Shown: positions 17,966 to 25,927 of the stretch, piece after piece | How the letters are laid out: each line of letters opens with the position of its first letter | How positions within the stretch are numbered: position 1 is the first letter of the stretch | From: Clostridia bacterium | Lineage (GTDB): Bacteria; Bacillota; Clostridia; RGIG6154 | Length of the DNA stretch: 64,000 nt | Reading direction: 5' to 3' | Assembly: GCA_017410375.1 (NCBI GenBank) | Contig: JAFQQW010000040.1 | Location: forward strand, 70 to 64,069 | Translations under genes and position numbers: made by a program | The notes under the pieces: generated by a model | What the model was told of the DNA's origin: nothing | Database searches by the model: none | Seen by the model: the letters and a program-made list of their open reading frames with translations, nothing else

Positions 17966-18742
17966 TTAGATATACAAAATAAACTTGTCCTGCTTCCGCT
18001 TAAAGAAGTAAAGACCGAATACAAGCATCACCAGCGAAAAGCCTGCACAAACTAAATTGGAATGCAAATCCGGAATGTGTCCCTGCAGTACCAGAGCACG
18101 AAAATACAGGATATAATGATACAGCGGATTGAATTTTATAATTTTAAAAATTGCAGACGGCAGAATTTCTGTCGGATAAAAAATAGGTGTCAGATACAGC
18201 CAGGCGGTTGTGAAAACACCATAAAGGTGCCCAATATCTCTAAAGAACACATTTGCCGCCGATAAAAAGAAGCTTAAGCCCACAGCAAACACAAAGGCAT
18301 ACAGCATGGGAATCGGAAACGCCAGAAACGTAATTTTAAAGGGAACCTTTAAGATTAGCATCACCAGAATGGTTGCCACAAATGCAAACAACATGTTTAC
18401 GAATGAAAAAATGCACTTTTCAAGCGGAAACAAATACTTTGGAATATAAACTTTACGAATCAGCGCCGATGCATCCACAATCGAGCCCATGGATGTATTG
18501 GTTGCTTCTGTTACAAATGAAAAAATCAGAAAACCCGTTAAATAGTAAATCGGGAAATGCTCGATATTGCTTTTGAACATATTCTGAAATACCGCTGTAA
18601 TAACAAGCATCATTAAAAGCGGATTCAAAACACTCCACGCAATTCCCAGAAAAGAACGGCGGTATTTTGTTTTCAAATCCCTTTGCACCAATGCGCCAAG
18701 CAGGTTTTTATATTTTAAAAAATTCAAAATATACTGTTTCAT
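17966..18742 (-). CDS. ABC-2 type polysaccharide exporter permease (Wzm/TagG type)
   Basis: 258 aa with six predicted TM helices. Directly upstream of the ATPase gene, with a 14-nt gap. Confidence 0.85.
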   Translation of the reverse strand: MKQYILNFLKYKNLLGALVQRDLKTKYRRSFLGIAWSVLNPLLMMLVITAVFQNMFKSNIEHFPIYYLTGFLIFSFVTEATNTSMGSIVDASALIRKVYIPKYLFPLEKCIFSFVNMLFAFVATILVMLILKVPFKITFLAFPIPMLYAFVFAVGLSFFLSAANVFFRDIGHLYGVFTTAWLYLTPIFYPTEILPSAIFKIIKFNPLYHYILYFRALVLQGHIPDLHSNLVCAGFSLVMLVFGLYFFKRKQDKFILYI

Positions 18743-18800
18743 GTGTATCTCCTTTTATAGTTCTGTTTTCAGTATATCATATTTTGTAAAAAATAGCAAG

Positions 18801-18829
18801 AAAAAAGACCGCTCGGCGGTCTTTTTTTA
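18801..18829. terminator. Bidirectional rho-independent terminator (agaccgc-tcg-gcggtct flanked by A/T runs)
   Basis: Lies downstream of the dagK-like gene stop on the minus strand. Confidence 0.75.
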
Positions 18830-19744
18830 TTCTGTTATTTGTTTCGGATTTTTCTGCGTTTGGATTCGTAATTTATATGCATTTTTCAGATTTTTAATAT
18901 GAACCGTTCTTGCACCTTTGGCATGCTCACCATCTAATGTCCAGTCAAATTCACCGTTTGACTCAATGGTCATACTGTCTGCCTGGAAAAATTCAAACAT
19001 ATCTCCCGAAAAATCCGACTGAGACAAGCCAAATACAACAGAAGCCAGCTGCATAGGCGTTTTTGGTGCACGAATCAGCAACACTTCAAAAAGCCCGTCG
19101 TTCATGCAGACAATATCCTCAGAGATGTGTAAAATCCCCCCGATGGATTTGGAATTTCCGATTGCACCAAAACAAAATTCACCTTCAATAATCCGGTCAG
19201 CAGTTTCAAGCTTTAACTGATGGGGTGCGATGCTTCCCAAGTCCTTGACGCCTTCAAACAGGTATGCAAGATGCCCGAAAGTCTTTTTCATACTTTTGGG
19301 AGTCTTATACGATACAGCCGTAAACGCACCAAAAGATGCAATATAAATAAAATGTCTTCCGTTAAAAGCACCAACATCCATATTCTGGCATTCTTCAGCT
19401 AAAATATTTGAAACTGCCTCGTGTACGTCAAAGGAAATTTCAGCACTCTGTGCAAAATCATTTGTGCTGCCGGACGGAATATAACCAATTTCAACAGGCT
19501 TCCCGGAACGGATAACACCGCTTATAACTTCATTAAGAGTCCCGTCGCCTCCACAGCAAACAATCAGGTCCTTGCCCTGCTCAGTCGCTTCAAATGCCAG
19601 CTCTTCTGCATGCATGGCGCGCAGAGTAACGGCAACCTCTATACTGTAGCCGTGCAAACCAAACTGTTCAAAGATGTCCGTAAAATGACCACGGAGACGA
19701 TTCTTTCCGGCAGATGCATTTACGATAAAGAGAACCTTTTTCAT
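18827..19744 (-). CDS. Diacylglycerol kinase catalytic-domain family lipid kinase (YegS/DagK-like)
   Basis: Starts MKKVLFIVNASAGK. Contains the GGDGT motif typical of DAGK_cat proteins. Confidence 0.8.
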   Translation of the reverse strand: MKKVLFIVNASAGKNRLRGHFTDIFEQFGLHGYSIEVAVTLRAMHAEELAFEATEQGKDLIVCCGGDGTLNEVISGVIRSGKPVEIGYIPSGSTNDFAQSAEISFDVHEAVSNILAEECQNMDVGAFNGRHFIYIASFGAFTAVSYKTPKSMKKTFGHLAYLFEGVKDLGSIAPHQLKLETADRIIEGEFCFGAIGNSKSIGGILHISEDIVCMNDGLFEVLLIRAPKTPMQLASVVFGLSQSDFSGDMFEFFQADSMTIESNGEFDWTLDGEHAKGARTVHIKNLKNAYKLRIQTQKNPKQITE

Positions 19745-19850
19745 CGCATATCCTCCTTGTTACTCCATACATTATATACCCTTTTTCTCATTCTGTCAAA
19801 CAAAAACCATTGACTTTTCCCGAAAATATGCATATAATAAGCTAAAAGGA

Positions 19851-20375
19851 GTGATTGTCATAGAAGCAAACATCTTATTATTTATACAGGAATACTTACG
19901 AATACCGCTTTTAGATTCGGTTTTTAAAGGGATTACCGCCTTGGGCAACGCAGGCTTTATCTGGATTCTTTGTACAGTGCTTTTGCTATGTTTCAAAAAG
20001 ACAAGAACTGTTGGATGGATGTGTGCTGTTGCACTGCTTGCCTCTCTGGTAATCAACAACCTCATTTTAAAAAATCTGATTGCCAGAATCCGTCCTTACG
20101 AAGTCATTGAAGGCTTGAAAATTCTGATAGATGCCCCTCATGACTTTTCGTTTCCGTCAGGGCATACGGCAAGCTCGTTTGCTACGGCAACCGTTTTGTA
20201 TATGACTTTACCAAAAAAATTCGGTATTCCCGCATTGATTCTTGCTGTACTCATCAGTATTTCAAGACTGTATCTTGGTGTACACTACCCCACAGATGTC
20301 CTGGGCGGGCTGCTATCCGGAGTTGCCATTGCTTTCACAACTGTTTATATTTTTAAGAAAAAACGCCTCGTATGA
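19851..20375 (+). CDS. PAP2-family phosphatase (undecaprenyl-diphosphate phosphatase-like), membrane
   Basis: PAP2 motifs KxxxxRxRP (KNLIARIRPYE), PSGH (SFPSGHTASS) and SRxxxxxHxxxD (SRLYLGVHYPTDV). Multiple TM helices. The start codon is uncertain: the GTG at 19851 abuts the RBS. Confidence 0.75.
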   Translation: MIVIEANILLFIQEYLRIPLLDSVFKGITALGNAGFIWILCTVLLLCFKKTRTVGWMCAVALLASLVINNLILKNLIARIRPYEVIEGLKILIDAPHDFSFPSGHTASSFATATVLYMTLPKKFGIPALILAVLISISRLYLGVHYPTDVLGGLLSGVAIAFTTVYIFKKKRLV

Positions 20376-20388
20376 GGCGTTTTACTTT
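20364..20388. terminator. Bidirectional terminator hairpin (acgcctc-gtat-gaggcgt + T-run) overlapping the PAP2 stop codon
   Basis: 7-bp GC stem flanked by an A-run and a T-run. Lies between the convergent PAP2 and alpha-galactosidase genes. Confidence 0.7.
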
Positions 20389-22488
20389 TTATTTTTTCAG
20401 AAGCACCGCACAGGCAGACATATCTTCCATAGCAGGAATAACAAGCTGATTACCGGTTACAGCAACGCCATCTGCATTAAATCTGGCTGCAATTGTAAAA
20501 CCTTCGGGGATGTCAATCGCGATAGATGCGCAGGCATCATCAAAGGCGTGACAAACTGCTAAAATTTCCGAATCGGTTTTGCGTACCACCACCTGCGTGC
20601 CTGTAGGATATCTGGTGTTTTTTCCGCGATTACCGTGAATACGGCTTTGACCGTCGCAAATAACATTTTCGCATTTTTTATAAAAATCAATTGCTTTTTG
20701 CACAATTTCCAATTGCCAGGGCGCCAACACATCAATCTGACCTGACAAACAAATTCGTCCAAGGAAAGTTGCCGCAAGAGAATAGCAAAGGCGTTTTGCG
20801 CTGTCATCGGTATGCAGTACCGCCCAAATCAGAGACTGTTGCGGTAACATAAGGTTATGAAGTGAGGCCGCGATATACGGAATTTCCACCGCTTCATGCG
20901 CATCCGAAAAAGACGAAACCGCAGATATACCCATCATGGAAGGTTCTAGTCTGTGACCGCCCGAAGCACAATTTTCAATAACCAAATCAGGAATTTCCTG
21001 TTTCATTCGTTTAAAGAAATCTTTAACGCATTCTAAATGCTGACGCAAACCCTCTGCACCCGATTCCGCACCGTCCACCTCGTGACCGATGTTTGCGTTA
21101 TAATCAACCTTGATATAGCCAAAATCATTGTCTTTGAGCATTTTGATAACCTTTTCATAAAGGTATTCCTGCACATCTTTCCGTCTGAAATCCCAGTAAG
21201 AACGGGTTGTATGGTTTTTTATCACCTTGCCGTTATGCGTAAGATGCATGTGGTCATACTCAGGTAAAAACATTTTTGAGCCTCTGGTCGTTACTTCAAA
21301 TTCAAACCAGACACCGGGAATCATGCCCATTTCGCGAATGGTTTTGTTCATAGCTTTCATATCCGGGAAAATATTTTTGTCAATGGGCCATTCACCGTTG
21401 CCGCTCTGCTCCTGACCTTCCACACACCAGCCGGCATCAATGACCGCATACTTTACACCAAGGTCCTTTAAATTCTTACAATAAGAGAGCATTTTTTCCT
21501 GCGTTGGTCTGCCCCATGTGGTGCAGTATTCATTAAATGCAGGTGCAAGTCCCTTTTCGCCATATGCACGCCAGGCAGGCTTTTGCATATCACAAAGAGC
21601 ACTGCAGGCATCATATATATCACCCTGCACGGCACAAATATAAGCAGTAGGTGCCTTAAAGCTTTCTCCCGTTTTTATACATTTGCTCCAACCGCAGAAA
21701 TTATAATCACCCAGTCCGCCTGAGAAAGAAAAGCTGTCCTGCATACGACCAAGCTCCATCTGCCAGCTTGCATTATGCGCCAGTTGTGCGCCCCACAAAA
21801 CACCGGCTTTACGGTCTTCAACCACAGCGGTCGGGAAATAGCGATGAACAGGATAACTGCCTAAGCTCCCGAACCGTTCTACCGGATTGTTATAGCTTGC
21901 CCAGCTTTTTTCCAAGCCCAACTCTTCAACTGACTGACAGCTGTGCTTTCCCTCCAGGCTCCAGCCGCCGTAAAAGCGATGCAAGTAATATCGGTTCGGG
22001 CCGTCATCTTTCGCATAAGGACCTAAATTGTCAAGCGTAAAGGAGGATAACATATCCAGATTCACATCTTCACCCGTCTCGTTAAAAAACTCCGTTTCAC
22101 AAACAAAGCCTTTCAACCCTTCGATAAAAGTAAGCGTATGTAACACCTGATATCCGTTTTCACTTTTTAAGGTTGTAATAATTTTTGTTTGTTCATCATC
22201 TTTTTCAACCGTCTGTGCATCGAATTTCAATTTTTTCGAATTCATGTCTTCTCGCATAGTAAAGCCGGGAAAACTCAGCGAATCACCTTCTACATGATAA
22301 TATACAAGATTTCCCAAATTCCAGTTACGGTTATACCGAGCACGGAAATCAAAGCTTTTATCCCATTCCCAGGGATTCTGTACCATATCCTCCGTCCCTT
22401 TCGGAATCAGTATCATATTTACATTTTGCTCGTCATTGATAAGGTAATGCACCAGTACATTTCCTAAAGTGTACGACTTAAGCTCCAT
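20389..22488 (-). CDS. Alpha-galactosidase, glycoside hydrolase family 36
   Basis: 699 aa. Contains KYAVIDAGW, KVDYNAN and CASGGHR regions characteristic of GH36 melibiases. Own promoter (TTGACA-N17-TGgTAGAAT) and RBS AAAGGGGAG. Confidence 0.85.
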   Translation of the reverse strand: MELKSYTLGNVLVHYLINDEQNVNMILIPKGTEDMVQNPWEWDKSFDFRARYNRNWNLGNLVYYHVEGDSLSFPGFTMREDMNSKKLKFDAQTVEKDDEQTKIITTLKSENGYQVLHTLTFIEGLKGFVCETEFFNETGEDVNLDMLSSFTLDNLGPYAKDDGPNRYYLHRFYGGWSLEGKHSCQSVEELGLEKSWASYNNPVERFGSLGSYPVHRYFPTAVVEDRKAGVLWGAQLAHNASWQMELGRMQDSFSFSGGLGDYNFCGWSKCIKTGESFKAPTAYICAVQGDIYDACSALCDMQKPAWRAYGEKGLAPAFNEYCTTWGRPTQEKMLSYCKNLKDLGVKYAVIDAGWCVEGQEQSGNGEWPIDKNIFPDMKAMNKTIREMGMIPGVWFEFEVTTRGSKMFLPEYDHMHLTHNGKVIKNHTTRSYWDFRRKDVQEYLYEKVIKMLKDNDFGYIKVDYNANIGHEVDGAESGAEGLRQHLECVKDFFKRMKQEIPDLVIENCASGGHRLEPSMMGISAVSSFSDAHEAVEIPYIAASLHNLMLPQQSLIWAVLHTDDSAKRLCYSLAATFLGRICLSGQIDVLAPWQLEIVQKAIDFYKKCENVICDGQSRIHGNRGKNTRYPTGTQVVVRKTDSEILAVCHAFDDACASIAIDIPEGFTIAARFNADGVAVTGNQLVIPAMEDMSACAVLLKK

Positions 22489-22519
22489 TTAGTTTCTCCC
22501 CTTTACTTTTGTTTTTTAT

Positions 22520-22548
22520 ATTCTACCATATAGAAAATAAGATGTCAA
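22520..22548 (-). promoter_or_regulatory. Sigma-A promoter of the alpha-galactosidase gene (TTGACA-N17-TAGAAT with TG extension)
   Basis: Minus-strand read: TTGACA at 22548..22543, 17-nt spacer, tgg-TAGAAT at 22525..22520. Confidence 0.65.
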
Positions 22549-22585
22549 TGTAAAGGATGAAAACAAAACATATTCTTCCTTTTTA

Positions 22586-23075
22586 ATCTGCACCAAAATA
22601 AACAGGGCATCCTAACGGATGCCTTCTTACTTTACTTTTTCATTTTTACTTTTATTTTTATGGGAAACTCTGCGTCTCGTTATCCCACGAACGTCCCGGG
22701 CGTTACCGTGGGATTGCCTTACTCGAGACTTCACAGTCCGAATCACCTCTCGCGGTGTTTCGGCTGCTCCGACGAACACGCTTCGCATGTTCTCTTCCCT
22801 TTTTAACCTGTACCAAAATAAACAGGGCATCCTAACGGATGCATTCTTGCTTTCCTTTTTTTCATTTTTACTTTTATTTTTACGGGAAACTCTGCGTCTC
22901 GTTATCCCACGAACGCCCCGGGCGTTACCGTGGGATTGCCTTACTCGAGACTTCACAGTCCGAAACACCTCTCGCGGTGTTTCGGCTGCTCCGACGAACA
23001 CGCTTCGCATGTTCTCTTTCCTTTTTAACCTGCACCAAAATAAACAGAGCATCCGTTAGGATGCCCTGTTTATTT
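22586..23075. repeat. Tandem direct repeat of a ~220-bp structured non-coding element (two full copies + partial third), abutting the 3' end of tRNA-Leu
   Basis: Copies start at 22586, 22806 and 23027 and are about 95% identical. Each begins CTGCACCAAAATAAACAGGGCATCC-TAAC-GGATGCC, a hairpin plus T/A-rich tract that reads as a terminator on either strand. The body contains several GC-rich hairpins, e.g. CCGAAACAC-CTCTCGCG-GTGTTTCGG and CCCACG-AACGCC-CCG-GGCGTT-AC-CGTGGG. Confidence 0.8.
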
Positions 23076-23162
23076 TGGTGCAGGTGGTGGGAATCGAACC
23101 CACACGGTATCACTACCACAGGATTTTGAGTCCAGCGCGTCTGCCAGTTCCACCACACCTGC
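23076..23162 (-). tRNA. tRNA-Leu (anticodon CAA), long variable arm, CCA encoded
   Basis: Minus-strand sequence GCAGGTGTGGTGGAACTGGCAGACGCGCTGGACTCAAAATCCTGTGGTAGTGATACCGTGTGGGTTCGATTCCCACCACCTGCACCA. Anticodon loop CTCAAAA. Class II variable arm. Followed by a 25-bp palindromic terminator. Confidence 0.9.
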
Positions 23163-23178
23163 ATTTCGAACAAGATAT

Positions 23179-23207
23179 ATAATAACACTTTTTGCTCGAT
23201 TTGTCAA
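23179..23207 (-). promoter_or_regulatory. Sigma-A promoter of tRNA-Leu (AAAAAACTATTGACA-N17-TATTAT)
   Basis: Minus-strand read: A-tract, -35 TTGACA (23207..23202), 17-nt spacer, -10 TATTAT (23184..23179). Lies about 17 nt before the tRNA 5' end. Confidence 0.65.
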
Positions 23208-23238
23208 TAGTTTTTTTGAAAAAATTCAAGTTTTTTGC

Positions 23239-23745
23239 TTATTTTAAAAAGTCTGCATCATCTGCAATATCTGCTAACATATCTAAGTACTCTGCGCCGT
23301 CTTTTAGTTGCAAAATACGATACGCAATCTGCCGTACGCACTCTGAAAAAAGCGGTTCGAGTTGCTCGGGCTGTAAGCTTCTTGCAAGCGGACACATCCC
23401 TTTTGCACGAGGATCCATGATAATCTGAAGCTTTTCTCCTTTATGTCTGTAAGGCAACAACGGGAAAATACGACACGCAAGCGGACGCAATGCACGGTCA
23501 CACTGTCCTTTACAAAGCATCAGTTTCGCAACACCTGTTTCTCCGTATTCACAGTTTGAATCAATTACCTCTGCAAACGACACATCTTTTAATAGCTGTT
23601 CTTCCCCCGGAAAAAGCAGCATACCTGCCGGCTCGTCACTGTCCTTACAACAAATGCCGTCACACAAAACTCCGCAATCCTTTTTTAAAGGTGTTACGTC
23701 CTGCAACAACGCATAAAGCGGTTCATAAAATTCTTTTGCTGTCAT
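23239..23745 (-). CDS. YkgJ/UPF0153-type putative Fe/Zn-chelating cysteine-cluster protein
   Basis: 168 aa. Contains the CGVLCDGICC (C-x3-C-x3-CC) cluster near the N-terminus and additional Cys further on (CKGQCD, ACRIFP). Stop is adjacent to the prmA start, which suggests co-transcription. Confidence 0.55.
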   Translation of the reverse strand: MTAKEFYEPLYALLQDVTPLKKDCGVLCDGICCKDSDEPAGMLLFPGEEQLLKDVSFAEVIDSNCEYGETGVAKLMLCKGQCDRALRPLACRIFPLLPYRHKGEKLQIIMDPRAKGMCPLARSLQPEQLEPLFSECVRQIAYRILQLKDGAEYLDMLADIADDADFLK

Positions 23746-23746
23746 A

Positions 23747-24706
23747 TTACACCCGCTTTTTCAAAATTACGCAGGACCAATCGCCCTCTTCTTTTTCGGA
23801 CACCACATAAAAGCCTTTTTCGGTTACAACATCCACCACTTCTTTGCAACGCTCGCTGATGATACCCGAAATAATCAAAGTGCCGTCATCCTTTACAAAA
23901 TCGCCAAAATGCGGACTCATAGCCTTTAAAACATCTGCAACGATGTTTGCCACAACCAAATCATATTTTTGTACACAAAGCTCTTTTTTTAAGTTTGCAT
24001 CCGAAATAACATTCCCACAGTATGCTTTAAAAATATCTTCCGGAATTTTGTTTTGCAAAAGATTCTCTTTGGCAACCCGAACGGAGTTTAAGTCGATATC
24101 CACCATAGTTAAATCGGTTGCGCCCAAAAGATACGCCCCAATGGACAAAATACCGCTGCCACAACCTAAATCCAGCACAGAATCGTTATTTTTTACGATA
24201 CCTTCCATATTTTCGAGACAAAGCTTTGTGGTCTCGTGTGTACCCGTACCGAAGCTGGAACCTGGATCGATTTCCAAAATTTTGCGATTTTCTTTGTTGT
24301 CCACTTCTTCCCAGGTTGGCTTAATCAAAAGCTTTTCACCCACATTAAAAGGCTTGAAGAATTTTTTCCAGTTGTTTTCCCAATCCTCTTCGCAAACGTT
24401 GTTCACGGTAAGAGCAAGTGTGCCATAGCTGTCGCCAAGCTCTTTTAAACCTTGCTTTAAACCGGTAAACATTTCTGCACCCTGCGCATTTTCGGGAATG
24501 TACAAAATCACACGGGTTTCGCCTTCTTTCAAATGCATCAGGCTTTCATCCACATAATCCCAGTAGGTTTGCGTACCTTCTAAAAATTCGTTAAAATCCT
24601 CGGGATTTTCAATCTGAATTCCATTAATGCCCAGATTCAACAAAAGACCGGTAATCGGCTCAATGCCTTCTTTATTGGTGGAAATCTTAACTTCAGTCCA
24701 GTTCAT
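23747..24706 (-). CDS. prmA: Ribosomal protein L11 methyltransferase
   Basis: Starts MNWTEVKISTNKEGIEPITGLL. SAM-binding motif VLDLGCGSGILSI. About 319 aa. Confidence 0.9.
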   Translation of the reverse strand: MNWTEVKISTNKEGIEPITGLLLNLGINGIQIENPEDFNEFLEGTQTYWDYVDESLMHLKEGETRVILYIPENAQGAEMFTGLKQGLKELGDSYGTLALTVNNVCEEDWENNWKKFFKPFNVGEKLLIKPTWEEVDNKENRKILEIDPGSSFGTGTHETTKLCLENMEGIVKNNDSVLDLGCGSGILSIGAYLLGATDLTMVDIDLNSVRVAKENLLQNKIPEDIFKAYCGNVISDANLKKELCVQKYDLVVANIVADVLKAMSPHFGDFVKDDGTLIISGIISERCKEVVDVVTEKGFYVVSEKEEGDWSCVILKKRV

Positions 24707-24719
24707 TTCTTAATCCTCT

Positions 24720-25859
24720 CTATTTAAACAGTTCCTTCACTTTATCCATAAAGCTTTTCTTATTGGCAAAATTTTCGTCCTTATCCAGCGATGCAAACTC
24801 TTTCAAAAGATCTTTTTGCTTTCCGCTCAAATTGCGTGGCACTTCAATTACAACGGTAAAATAATGTTCACCTGTGCCGAACGCTTTCTTGATACCTTTG
24901 TTTTTAATACAGAAGCGCGTTCCGGTTTGTGTACCCTCGGGTATTTTATAGGTTTGCTTGCCGTGAATGGTCGGCACTTCGATATCACCGCCCAAAGCCG
25001 CTTCTGTAAATGTAATGGGAACTTCACAGAACACATCTGCACCCTTGCGCTTAAAAATGGGATGCGGTTTAATACGGATGCCGATTAAAAGATCGCCATA
25101 CGGTCCGCCATTGGCACCTGCATTACCAAATCCGCGCTTTTGCAGATACTGACCGTGGTCAATACCCTGCGGAATATCCAGCTTGATTTTCTTATTTTTC
25201 TGTGCAACACCTCTGCCGTTACATACACTACAGGGTGTTTTAATAATTTTACCCTTACCGCCGCAACGGGTACAGGGACGCGAGGTCATCATATTACCAA
25301 GCATAGTACGCTGTACCTGCTTAACCTGACCGGTACCGCGACATTCGGAGCAGGTTTCGGGCGAAGTGCCTTTTGCCGCACCACTGCCGCTACACTCACC
25401 GCACATTTCTATGCGTTTAAAGGAAAGCTCCTTCATCACACCGAAAGCGGCTTCTTCAAAAGAGATTTCCGCTTCAATTTCGATATCACTGCCCTGACGG
25501 GGTGCATTACTGCGTGCCGATGACGAAGAAAAACCGCCACCGAAAATATTTTCAAAGATGTCACCCATGTCACCGAATCCGCCAAAACCACCGAATCCGC
25601 CACCAAAGCCTGCACCTCCACCCATATTCGGGTCAACACCTGCGTGACCGAACTGGTCATAGCGACTTTTCTTTTCGGGGTCAGACAGCACTTCATAAGC
25701 CTCGTTAGCTTCTTTAAATTTGGCTTCCGCCTCTTTGTCACCGGGATTCATGTCCGGATGATATTTTTTTGCCATGGAGCGATAGGCTTTTTTGATGGTT
25801 GCTTCGTCTGCACCCTTCTGAATGCCTAAAACCTCATAATAATCTCGTTTGTCTGCCAT
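24720..25859 (-). CDS. dnaJ: Molecular chaperone DnaJ
   Basis: J-domain (DYYEVLGIQKGADEATIKKAYRSMAKKYHPD). G/F-rich region. Four CxxCxGxG zinc-finger repeats. Confidence 0.97.
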   Translation of the reverse strand: MADKRDYYEVLGIQKGADEATIKKAYRSMAKKYHPDMNPGDKEAEAKFKEANEAYEVLSDPEKKSRYDQFGHAGVDPNMGGGAGFGGGFGGFGGFGDMGDIFENIFGGGFSSSSARSNAPRQGSDIEIEAEISFEEAAFGVMKELSFKRIEMCGECSGSGAAKGTSPETCSECRGTGQVKQVQRTMLGNMMTSRPCTRCGGKGKIIKTPCSVCNGRGVAQKNKKIKLDIPQGIDHGQYLQKRGFGNAGANGGPYGDLLIGIRIKPHPIFKRKGADVFCEVPITFTEAALGGDIEVPTIHGKQTYKIPEGTQTGTRFCIKNKGIKKAFGTGEHYFTVVIEVPRNLSGKQKDLLKEFASLDKDENFANKKSFMDKVKELFK

Positions 25860-25927
25860 ATTCTATCCTCTCGAAAGTGGGTAAAGCAGAGCGAAACCGC
25901 TCTGCTTTGCCTTATGAAATTTATTGT

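Noticed and set aside
22619-23059. 146-aa (+) and 141-aa (-) ORFs spanning the tandem repeat, each with an internally duplicated amino-acid sequence
   Set aside because: Both strands give long ORFs only because the DNA unit is duplicated. The sequences are low-complexity (R/K/S-rich or F/L-rich). They run straight through terminator hairpins and lack an RBS. The region is far better explained as a structured non-coding repeat.
22586-23162. Idea that the repeats are attL/attR-type scars of an integrated element at tRNA-Leu
   Set aside because: The repeated unit shares only the terminal 8 nt with the tRNA, and that segment is part of a palindrome in inverted orientation. It is not a direct duplication of the tRNA 3' half. 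No integrase, excisionase or island-like gene content is adjacent. The idea stays open as a minor possibility in the finding.
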